A DNA stretch of 63,851 bases, the filler included, from Octopus bimaculoides (taxonomy: Eukaryota): NCBI RefSeq assembly GCF_001194135.2. It is 4 parts of 3 records of this genome, joined end to end, with 100 filler letters (N's around TTAATTAATTAA, not from the genome) between each part and the next. Parts side by side here need not be neighbours in the genome. Positions count along the whole stretch, not along the records: positions 1 to 16,682 come from NC_068983.1; positions 16,783 to 39,680 come from NC_068990.1; 2 more parts are not named here. One strand, 5' to 3'. A model generated the notes under the pieces. It had not been told where the DNA came from. It did no database searches and saw nothing but the letters and a program-made list of their open reading frames with translations. This document shows, piece by piece, positions 12,240 through 23,094 of this stretch (positions are counted from its first letter, which is position 1; every line of letters starts with the position of its first letter). The position numbers and the translations under genes were made by a program.

Positions 12240-13505
12240 ATGTGATTTGCATAGTGACTTTAATAGGCCTAATGAGAAACTCGCATATATACATAAACAG
12301 TCTTGTCACACTCCTGTAATATTTAAAATCCTGATAGCTGATATTAGTAACAGAGTGTCTAACCTCTGTTCCTCTAAAGAAATTTTCAAGAAAGCAGCCC
12401 CCTACTATAACAATGCCATAGCCAACAGTGGCTTCAAAGATAAATTGATATATAATTCCTCTAATATTAATCAGAATAATAATAAGAGACCATAGACCAA
12501 GGAAAGTCATTTGGTCCACCCCCCTCCCTTTTCCCTTAATATAAAAACTAACATAAGTAAAAGATTCCTTTCTCTCCTAGACAAACACTTTCCAGCCACT
12601 CACAAATACAGGAAAATATTCAATAGGCGATCTGTGAAATTATCACATAGCTGCTGCCCCAATATGAAAAGTATCGTAACATGTGGCCAACACCAAGAGC
12701 CTAAATACAGTTGTAACTATCGCAACGCAGTATCCTGTCCACTTGAGCAGCAATGTAATATATAAATCTATCATATATGAGGCAGAAGTTACTGTAACCT
12801 TAAATAATAACACAGCAGATAAGAAAACCTGTACTAGATTATATGAAGGAGAATTTGAAAATCGTTATGCCAAACACATAGCTTCCTTCTGACATAAGGA
12901 CAAAAGCAAAGTTACTAAGTTGGCTAGCTATGGATGGAGTTTAAAAGGTAATGAAACACCACATGTGATTAAGTGGAAAATAATTAAGAAATCCAAACCT
13001 TATCCTAATGGATCGAATAAATGTAGGCTTTGTTTAGCTGAAAAAGTGCAGATCTTGTTCAGATGTAAGATTCCTAACTCTACTGAACTCTAGGTGTGAA
13101 ATTTTCAGTGGTTGCAAACATATGGATAAATATATTTTGAAGAAATGAAAAATTCCACTTATTTCTAATTAACTTATTGATATCTTTCCAGCCTTATAAT
13201 TTAAGGTCTAAGGAGGATAATTCTTTTACCTTTTTTTTTACTTTTTAGCTTTTGTATTTTCGTTTTCTACTTTTCATTTTCTATATGCTGCCTTCTCAGG
13301 TTTTTTTCATTTCTTCTCTTATTCAATTCTTTTAATTCATTAGGATATGTGGTTTGTACCTGATGAATATGTTTGAGATGTTTCTCAATATATGAAACTA
13401 TCAGTAGCACTTAAACACATGTATTGTGTCCTTTAAATAAATAATACTTATCTCTCACCAGATGGAGTACATTTTTTGTTGAATTTTCTACCATGGAACA
13501 GTACA
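12240..13505 (+). mobile_element. Penelope-like retroelement, 5'-truncated: RT thumb, linker, GIY-YIG endonuclease and 3' UTR; pseudogenised
   Basis: Fragments RPNEKLAYIHKQSCH...AAPYYNNAIANSGF, PPFSLNIKTNISKRFLSLLDKHFP...KIFNRRSVKLSHSCCPNM, C..CPL, SIIYEAEV...YEGEFENRYAKHIASF, WKII...PYPNGSNKCRLCLAEK. Contains stops and frameshifts and ends at (TA)n. Confidence 0.92.
13345..13422 (+). ncRNA. Type I hammerhead ribozyme motif in the Penelope 3' UTR
   Basis: CTGATGA at 13360-13366; stem II ATATG-T-TTGAGA/TCTCAA-TATAT; GAAA at 13394-13397; short stem III; GTA at 13404-13406; stem I GTAC/GCAC (one mismatch) extended by GTTT/AAAC and ATATGT/ACATGT. Confidence 0.8.
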
Positions 13506-13770
13506 TTATATATATATATATATAGCAGTAGAATAATGTTTTAGAATATCTTGAAGCACACACATAAAGCTATAAATAATAGTATATAACTATTGGGTTG
13601 AAAAACTCTTTTGGATAGGAAAGGTCAAAGGTTGCCTGTGAAATATGAACTTACATCTCATACACACACTTATATATAATATACAAGCACATATACACAT
13701 ATATATATATATATAATATATATGCACACACACACATGTACACATATGCATTTATGTATGTAAATAAATT

Positions 13771-13794
13771 GACAGACAGACAGAAAGTAGATAT

Positions 13795-13854
<60 letters not shown>

Positions 13855-14030
13855 GTAGGTAGATAGATAGGTAGATAGATAGATAGATAGGTAGATAGAT
13901 AGACAGACAGATAGATATATAGACAGACAGACAGAGACTGGTAGACAGATAGACACAGGTGTAGACAGAGAAACAGACGGATAAATAGAAATAGAGATGG
14001 AGAGAGAGAGAGAGGGGGGGAGAGATATAT
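13771..14030. repeat. Compound (GACA)/(GATA)/(GA) microsatellite
   Basis: Directly visible. Confidence 0.95.
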
Positions 14031-14344
14031 AACTGCATACATCAATACATAAATGTATATAGTATATGATGTTCTGAAATAATTGTTCTTTCCTCAAGTC
14101 TTAAGAAAATACCTTTCAGTTATGTTTTCTTGTTACATCAGTGAATTTTTATGAGTGATGAAAAAATTTTTGCATTTTTTATTGTTCAGTTACCCCATTA
14201 AATTCCTTGATGACGTTATGTATGAACACATGAGTGCTTATAAGTGTAAATGCTAAAAAGTTTTATGCACTGCTCTTTATTTGAACATTTGAAAATTGAA
14301 ACTTTAAGTTATTTCAATAATGATCATTTGCAGGTCTCATTAAG

Positions 14345-14486
14345 CTATATATGTGTGTGTATGCACATACATACCTACATATATATATATGTGTGTGTAT
14401 GTGTGTGTGTCTGTGTGTGTGTATACATACATATTTATATATATATAGATATGTGTGTGTGTACATATTTACATATATATCCATTA

Positions 14487-14557
<71 letters not shown>

Positions 14558-14850
14558 TTATATATATACATTTATATATATACATACAAACACACACACA
14601 CATATGTATATGTACGTATATACATTTATATATACATACAAACACATACACACACATATATATGTACATATATGCATTTATATATACATACAAACACATA
14701 CAGACACACACACATATATATATATACATATGTACAGACATATAGATACAGACATACACATAAATACATATATAGATAAACATATGTACATATATATATA
14801 TTTACATGTGTATGTGTATGCATGTATGTATGTAAGCAACTATGCATATA
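14345..14850. repeat. Compound (TA)/(CA)/(TACA) low-complexity tract
   Basis: Directly visible; source of many spurious YIYI ORFs. Confidence 0.95.
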
Positions 14851-15199
14851 TTTGAGAAAGACAGAGAGCATGGGGGTAAGTTAGAGAGAGAGAAATATTA
14901 TAGTAATATATTATAGAATTTATTTTAGAAAATTTTTTTTTTATATATAATTCAATTTTTTACTGATCTGTTCTTAATCTAATAACAGTTACTATTCTAT
15001 TTCTAAAATTACTCCATAAAAACACATACACACACACATGTTCACTGCCATATTCTCATTTCATTCACAGTCATATTATTTAAAATGTATTTTAATAAAA
15101 ATAATGTAAGATCTAAAACTATAGTATATTATTCTATTTTATTACTTTTAGTCTGTTTTCTATCATTTGCTACTTTTTGAGTGTTTTTTTCTATTACAG

Positions 15200-15230
15200 A
15201 GAAGTTTATAACCCATTTTTTTACCTACAG
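15200..15230 (+). CDS. 31-nt coding microexon (phase 2 to phase 0): (L)EVYNPFFYLQ
   Basis: Acceptor GTGTTTTTTTCTATTACAG|A and donor CAG|GTATGT; bridges the phases of exons 3167-3254 and 18757-18865 without a stop. Confidence 0.6.
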
Positions 15231-15520
15231 GTATGTAGAGACATTTTTAGTATTTCTCTTTAAAGCCCTCAATAACTCTCAAATCCTATTGTTCCTCTAT
15301 AGTTTTTGATTATAAAAAACATTGAATAAAAACATAAGTGCATGACATACTGTTTAGGATGTTTGTACATTCTAACACATGTGTGTCTTTATTCGAGAGT
15401 ATGTGTGCGTTTTTTGTTTGTGCATGTAGATCTATATGCATACTCTTCATCAGTGTGTAAAAACTAAAACTTCTTGTAACCTATGTATATGTAACGATAT
15501 AATGTAATGTAAAAGCAAAG

Positions 15521-15561
<41 letters not shown>

Positions 15562-15791
15562 TCATTATCATTTTCAGCATCGTTTTGCCATTCACTTCCC
15601 CATGCTTGCATGGGTCAGATGGCATAGGTTACTTATGGCTGGATACCCTTCCTGTTGCCAACCCTTACCTGTTTTCTTCTAAGCATGGTAGTATTCCCCC
15701 ATGACCAAAGACATTTTCACCAAGGGCATATTCTGCTATAGCCTCGAGACCAACCAAAGTTTTGTGGACTAAACTGGTTGACAGAAAAGAA

Positions 15792-15863
<72 letters not shown>

Positions 15864-16726
15864 TAGAGAGAGGTAGGGAGGGAGAGAGAGAGGGAGGGAG
15901 AGAGAGAGAGAGAGAGAGAGAGTAACACACACACATACATATATATATATATGTATATACACTTATCTACATACATACAAACATATATACATAAGCGTGG
16001 CTGTGTGGTATGAAACCTACTTCCCAACCACATAGTTCCAGGTTCAGTCCCACTGTGCAGCACCTTGGGTAAGTGTCTTCTACTATAGCCGCAGGCTGAC
16101 CAAAGCTTTGTGAATGGATTTCCCATAACTTAGCAGTTCAAAAAAGAGACCAATAGAATAAGTACTAGGCTTACAAAGAAGAAGTCCTGGTGTCAACTTC
16201 TTCAACTAAAAGCCTTTAAGGTGGTGCTCCAGCATGACCACGGTCAAATAACTGAAACAAATAGAAGAATAAAAGAACAAAAGAATACACACACTCACTC
16301 ATACACACACAGTAATAACAGACGATGGGTAAATGTCAGTTCCAGACATTTATCCATCATCTGCTATTATTCATTTGCTTATAATACACCAAAGGAATTC
16401 ATGACATGTTCGGAGGTCCGAAAGTATACCAAGCAATGTATGATCAACAGAAAGTACTTTGGACAAGACCCTAGGTGCTAAATACTCGTAGGGGTTGTTT
16501 TTTCCTCTGTGTGCACAACCTGAATATTTTACGGGACATTTATTCAACTAAAGGTGGTGATCACAGGTTAACTCAACCTGTGCATATCACTCATGTACTC
16601 AAGTACCTGATTCTCTCAAGCATCCTTATTATTATTACACACATATATATATATATATAAAATATATATATATATATATATANNNNNNNNNNNNNNNNNN
16701 NNNNNNNNNNNNNNNNNNNNNNNNNN

Positions 16727-16738
16727 TTAATTAATTAA
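16727..16738. other. Artificial scaffold-join spacer TTAATTAATTAA flanked by 44 N on each side (also 39725-39736 and 61767-61778)
   Basis: Identical 44N-12nt-44N layout (100 bp) three times; the palindrome puts TAA in all six frames. Confidence 0.92.
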
Positions 16739-18756
16739 NNNNNNNNNNNNNNNNNNNNNNNNNNNNNNNNNNNNNNNNNNNNGAAGAAGTGGTGATTCAG
16801 AGAGAGAGATAGAATACAATAGGGAGGGAGAGGGAGAACCGGCAGCAGTACATCATGCTGGTCAAATTCGTTAGGTTTTTAGGAAAAAGTTGAAAGAAAC
16901 ACAGCAGTGTTTAAACGTGAGATTAAATGTTTAAATCGGAAACAGAAATGAGAGTTAAAAATCGTAATTTTTAAAGGGAGTTAGAGACAAATTTCAGTCA
17001 GGTTTGGGCTAAGGAGCAAAAACTTCAGCAAGTAGATGCAAAGACGATAGATCACGTGAGGTAGAGAAAAAATACATAAATAATCATGAATTCAAGACAT
17101 AAATGTATAGTTAGAGAGAACGAAGTGGGGTGGTAGATGGGGAGCGCATCAGAAGGGATAATATATGAAAAATAGGAATGACTTAGCTATTGTTCATGTC
17201 TTGGTGAGCTTCGTCGTGGGTTCTATTAGCTAATGGAGCTTCGTCGTGGGTTCTATTAGCATAGAGATTCCAGGAAATGGCTTGTCGGAATATAGATTTA
17301 TGAGTTTATATCATATTTTTAGATTAAACACTGAAATCATATGACCTCAGATCTTATAATATTCTCACTTTAGTTGCACTTTTAATTATTTTAATGTTAA
17401 AGTATTTCAGGTAATTAGCATAACAAGCCTAATCAAAAATAATTATGTGATGAGGAAAAGATAATATTGGCTCAATGACTAAATAATTTAATCATTTTGG
17501 CAAGTATGGGTAACATGTGGATACGTTTCCTCAGTGAAATAGTAATGGGAGAATGACTAAGCAGGTGTGCAATATTGTACACATGAACAATTAGTATGCA
17601 TTTTAGAGAATAAATTACTTTGGATATGCCATCCATAGAAAAAAAAATTGTTAAGTTAATGCAACCATGCTTAATACAGTAAGCATAAAAAATCTGATTA
17701 TAAATATTTATGAAGTGTGGAAAAGGCAATATTAGGTCAGTATCTAATATTATGTTAATAATCTTAGTAAGTATGAGAAACAACATTGTCTAATGTTTTG
17801 GTTCTATTAGACCTTCACAACAAAGCATATCAGCTTTTTAGCCAAAAATAGCAATAAAGGAATGACTAAGGAAATGTGTACAATATCAAACCTAAATAGA
17901 TGTGACAAGAAGACTCTTAGTACGTTTCTACTGCATTTTGTTCAATCAAAAGAAGAGAGATAATTAAAAAATCAAACTGCTGAACTAACCAGAAACTGAT
18001 AGGTAAATTAAATTCATTGCACATAATGTAAGGCTTCCATAGTTTTAGATTTTAGTGAAATTTTGATTATTTAAAAGTAACCCTTATTAGATCTCAAGTT
18101 ATGTGTTTGAAAGACTACTTTTCCCCTAGCACTGTGCATTATCACGCACACCACTGCCATCATTTTACTACCACCTCTTATCTCTTTGAGCCATACCTAC
18201 TTCTTCCAGCTTCTTCAAAAGATATTCATGATTGACCTTGCCTCCACCTGTATTCACCACTCACTGCATCTCCTTCTATCCATCTGTTACTTGCTTCTCA
18301 TATTCTCACTAATTTAATTACCCACCCATGCCACTTCTCATGCACCTTCCTGTAATGTGAGGGTTTGTTCTGACACATTTTCATCACCATCCTCTTCTCT
18401 TCCAACTGTCTTACTGTATCTCCCCTACAGCAAGACACCTCTTCTTGTCCCTCAATTATACTTTAAAATTTTATCATCTGGTATAAAGCTAACTCTCTTA
18501 ATGCCTCTTCCCACCCTCTGTAGAGAGGTCTTGTCTAGTCTTATGAGTTATTCTGTAATCTCAGTAGTGCCAGTACTACATAAAAGACACTTTGTACCTT
18601 TTTTAAAGTGGTTTGCATTAGAAAGGGCATCCAACCATGGAAGCCATGTTAAAGCAGACATTGGTCCTTGAGCCCCCATCAAACCATCCAACCCATGCCG
18701 GCATAGAAAACTGATGTTAAATGATGATGATAATGATGATGATTCTTTTATTATAG

Positions 18757-18865
18757 GTGAAAGAATTGAAGTTTGCCTTTGATGATCTTGACAAAGAGGA
18801 TCTTTTAGTTGACACACTGGCTGCTGCTCATGCCAGGCAGCGCCGGAGTTTACCAATTGACCAAG
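18757..18865 (+). CDS. Internal coding exon (phase 0 to phase 1): VKELKFAFDDLDKEDLLVDTLAAAHARQRRSLPIDQ(G)
   Basis: Acceptor TTCTTTTATTATAG|G and donor CAAG|GTATTT; 109 nt open; GC-richer than its flanks; phase matches the terminal exon. Not represented in this frame in the ORF track. Confidence 0.8.
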
Positions 18866-19739
18866 GTATTTAAAAGAAATCTTATGTCTCTGTTTCTTAA
18901 ATTTATGAATTTAATTGTTATTACCAAGAATGCTTCTGATAGAAATGGTTGTTGGTCATTGTTCAGCCTCAGATCAGCCCAAATTGGACAAACTTGTGAT
19001 CAGAGACATTCACTATTCAATCTTTCTCTGAGGCATTGTCTATGTGACACTACAGTAGTCAATGTTTTTTTTTTATACAGTAATTTGAGGGAGATTTTGG
19101 TTGTTATTTCTAGCATGTAGAGCAACTATGTAAAGATTCTCTTGTTAGCTTAGGAAGGAAGTATACACTTCCTTGAATATGATGGACATTTGGACTTGTT
19201 TTTGTAACACTTTTAGTTTAGTACCTCGTTGTTTGATATCAATATTGCTGAAATATAGTTTACGCCTTGGATCAACCTATACTTTCTGAGCAAAGTTGGG
19301 TAGATGGAAACTGTATAGAACCTTATTTCACTTGTAATTCAAAGGTTCAGCCTTGTCACACAGTGTCATGCTGATTCTGCCTGACAATTATATTAATGGA
19401 ACAAGTATCTTTGGAATACTCTGCCACTTACATGCTAATTCAATGGTCGTGGTAGTTCACTTGATCAAACAACTGAACTCCTATGATCAGAAATTTTGTC
19501 CAAGATCTAGTTTATATATATATATGATGAGAGTGAATAATACATGGGTTTGAAAAACTGGAAATTAATGAGTAATTTTTTGATTTCTAGTTGCAAAATG
19601 GAATAAGTTTAGATAAAAATTGATCAAAATGTATGATACATACCAGATCTTTTAAAACTTTAATAGGAACATTGATTTATTATATATATAATATATATAT
19701 ATTTTAATTAATTGATATATTTATTTATTGTTCTATCAG

Positions 19740-20389
19740 GAGAATTGGTTAGTGTTTTAAAAGGATGGAAGTTTGGAGATTTTGAACTCTCTGATGGACT
19801 TTGGAATGCCTATGCAGAAATAACAGGTGCACCACTCCAAAGGAACAATTACACACCACCACCACCCTATGAAACGGCTATGAAAAATACCACTACTACA
19901 GCAAATGATTCCAGAAGACCTGATGATGATTATCACCATCACCAAAACGGAGAGTATGGCTATATGGAATATTCAGAAGTACCAAATACAACTATTGCTG
20001 TTGTTCATCCAAGCCACTCTGTTGACGTTAATGAACAGAATATGTATGAGAGAACACTCCCCAGCTACAATAATATGACAATCCAAACAAAGAAAGTGAT
20101 AAAACCATTGGAGGACTTAGATCAATATAAAGAGTATGCTAACGTACAACCAAATGATGATGAGGGAACGTACAACTATGGTTATTCTTACACGCCTCAA
20201 AAATATTCTCCTGAATCACAGCATGAAGTTGCTGCCCAGGAACTTGGTTTAAATTTAACCAGACACGATAAGAGAAACTCCACTCCAGGTCAGGGCGATC
20301 AATATGGCTACATTTCAAACCACAATGAAGTTGCCTTTCAAAACAATTCACGACCTTCCAGTCAATATATTTCTGAGAGTTTCATTTAG
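19740..20389 (+). CDS. Terminal coding exon of the uncharacterised host gene: GELVSVLKGWKFGDFELSDGLWNAYAEITG...PPPPYE...SESFI*
   Basis: Longest non-repetitive ORF in the window (about 216 codons); acceptor TTTATTGTTCTATCAG|G, phase 1; stop TAG at 20387-20389; protein-like composition. Confidence 0.9.
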
Positions 20390-20532
20390 AAATTTATTGT
20401 TTCTTATGAATGTTGTAACAAATATAGCTTCAATTAGTATTGAAAATACAAATTAACAGTCACTTAGGCATTGACTGATGTACACTACTAATTGGTTTTA
20501 CAACATTTAGGTTTATGACAGCTATATACAAC

Positions 20533-20700
20533 TTGATTTACTGTAGTATGTGTGAATGTATGAATGAAGAAGTGTAAGATTTATTGTAATATGTGAACAT
20601 ATGAATGACTACAAGATTTACCATAGTATGTGAATGTATAAATGTGTGAGTGTAAGATTTATCCTTTGTGAATCTATGAATAAGTGAATGTGAGACAGGA
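20533..20700 (+). repeat. Diverged tandem repeat of about 40 bp (about 4 units) in the presumed 3' UTR
   Basis: Recurring (A/T)GATTTA....A(G/A)TATGTGAA..TATGAATG core. Confidence 0.6.
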
Positions 20701-20729
20701 CCTGATTTTGCTATTATTATGATTATTGT

Positions 20730-20945
20730 AAGGCGGCAAGCTGGTAGAAACGTTAGCATGCCAGGAGAAATGCTTTGTGGTATTTCATGTCTTTACGTTC
20801 TGAGTTCAAATTCTGCCGAGGTCGACTTTGCCTTTCATCCTTTCGGAGTTGATAAATTAAGTACCAGTTGCATACTGGGGTTGATCTAATCGACTGCCCC
20901 CCCCCCAAAAAAAAAAATTCAGCCCTTGTGCCTAGAGTAGAAAAG
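20730..20945 (+). mobile_element. tRNA-derived SINE with a Nin-type central domain (family 3)
   Basis: Head AGGCGGCAAGCTGGTAGAAACGTTAGCA; GAGGTCGACTTTGCCTTTCATCCTTTCGG..GATAAATTAAGTACC is Nin-like. ATTATGATTAT flanks both ends (20716-20726, 20946-20956). Relatives lie at about 40156-40370, 41772-41990, 51493-51717 and 60955-61170. Confidence 0.85.
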
Positions 20946-21737
20946 ATTATGATTATAGTTGTTTTTTACTTTTAATTTTCGAAATGTATCTTAAAGACGA
21001 ATATTTTTCAACAGAATTTAATACAAAAAGAGAAACAAACACTATTATTACTGCTGTAGCCTATCACTACTGCAATAACACATTAAGACATCACTTATCA
21101 CTATGTATCTAAATGTACTAAAATACCACATGTTTGTGCACACTTCTAAGCATACTATTGTCCCCTTTCACCACATTCTAGTTTGTAAATTTGGCAGTAA
21201 AACTTCTGCATTTATTTCATTCAGCTGTTAAGTTTTGTCACATCCATTTAATAATGACTCACCTTTTATCAGTTTTAATTTTTTTAAATATTATATACCA
21301 AGTCTTCTATGGCTTTTGGTTTTGTTTCCTTTGGTGTTGAAATTCAGATTGTCTACAGATTTCAGGTGATGTTGGTAGTTTGGCATATAAAGGACATGTC
21401 ACTTCCATCATTTTGTTCTGCAATTAAATCTGAAAGTGATATCAATTTACACCAATTTAGAGTGTTACCATTTTTATACACTCCTTGTATATGTGTATGT
21501 ACATGTGCTAATGAATGAAAAGAGAACAGGAGTCATGTAATCACCTTCATTAGCTTACAACTGTTTCTGCTATGAGATGTTGCACAAGCACTCAGTAGTG
21601 CACTCAGAGCTGAGTGCTTGTGCAATATCTTAGCAGAAACAACTGTAAGCTAATGAGGGTAATTACGTGACTCCTGATCCTTTGTCATTTGTTAATTAAT
21701 GTTATGCCCTGTACTCGCCTAATACTTTATTCTAAAA

Positions 21738-21990
21738 CATTAGCTCCCAAACATTTTCAGGCTACCACCCTCTTGGTACCCATGCCACATTCCTAATTCT
21801 CCCCCCATCACCACCACTTTCTGCAGCAAATTCAAAAATAAAACTTAATTGAACCATTATCTTGTTGTTTTTACATCCATGGCACCCCCCCCCCTTTGGC
21901 TACCCTATTATCACCCCACTTCTCCAAGGCCTCCTGGATCTTTTTGCTGCTCCCAGATGAGGGCAGCACCACCCACTTTGGGAACCACTG
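21738..21990. mobile_element. hAT (Charlie-like) MITE
   Basis: Right TIR TTTGGGAACCACTG, degenerate left TIR CATTAGCTCCCAAAC; 8-bp flanks TTCTAAAA / CTCTAAAG. Confidence 0.65.
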
Positions 21991-22748
21991 CTCTAAAGTA
22001 TATGCATACTGAGTTCTAACTACCAGTTATTAGTATTGCTTTGCCGAAGCAAAACCATAAGGATATATTTACAACTATCTTAAGTATAGTGTTAATCAAT
22101 GTTCATTCCACTTCTGTGACAACTTGTTATTACATTCATATTTGACTGACAGTTGTTGCAAACAAACAAATAATGTTTGTAAGAAGACCTGGTTACTCAA
22201 ATTCCACATTTGGAATATATTTTCTAGAATTACCTGTTAGGTAGATATTAGGTACTTATGTATTTTCTAGAATTATGTTCTGCAATTAACAGCAACTTCT
22301 AAATGTTTAAATTACTAAGCCTTAATGTCTAGGCCTCTACCCTAGTAGCTAAGATACACTACTTTGGTAGCTGAGTTAAACTGCCAAAGGAGTAAACTAA
22401 CATTTCTCTAATACCTAGGTTTCATTACTCTGGTCATTTATATTGCCTTGATAACTAAGTTACACTGCTGTGGTGGTTAAATTACACTGCATAGGCAGTT
22501 AAGCTACTTCTCCTGAAGCACATAAGCATATTTGTAGCCTCTGGTTCTGTTATTTCACTGCTGAACACATGCATGTTTAACACAAGATAGCAAAGTAAGC
22601 TTTTATGTGGTTGTTCAATCTGCTTCAGATAGCAGATAAATACCCCTCATATCACATATTACTGTCTTTATAAAAGGAATGACACATTGGAGGGGGTCGT
22701 TGTAAATATATTATGCCTGAAAAAATAAAAGAGGGAATGGTCATAGAT

Positions 22749-22813
22749 GGTAAATCCTGATAATGTAGATCTACCATCAAAATGATGGTAGATCTACATT
22801 ATCAGGACTTACC
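22749..22813. repeat. Perfect 25-bp inverted repeat with a 3-nt loop
   Basis: TCCTGATAATGTAGATCTACCATCA (22755-22779) pairs exactly with 22783-22807; it extends 6 bp further with one mismatch. Confidence 0.97.
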
Positions 22814-23036
22814 TAGGGAGAGACAACATTAATTACATGTTTAAAATCTTTTTAATTTTAAAATAATCTATTGTAAAATTATCTCCTACAACAAAGCATT
22901 ACTTAGACTTATAAACCATTAAAACACTCCTTTTAGATTTACAAACCATTAAAATACTTTTGATACTTAAAAACCATTCAAATATTTCATTACTGTGAAA
23001 GTCTCTCAACTAATTGATAAGTATTTTAAATATAGA

Positions 23037-23094
23037 CATGAAATAAGACTAACTGTAGTCATGAAATAAGACTAACTGTAGTCATGAAATAAGA
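23037..23094 (+). repeat. 23-bp tandem duplication (2.5 units)
   Basis: CATGAAATAAGACTAACTGTAGT twice, then CATGAAATAAGA. Confidence 0.95.

Noticed and set aside
15370-15460. Minus-strand CTGATGA with an 8-bp AGAGTATG/CATACTCT stem followed by CGAAT
   Set aside because: GAAA is incomplete and there is no NUH triplet before the stem-I partner; chance or a very decayed motif.
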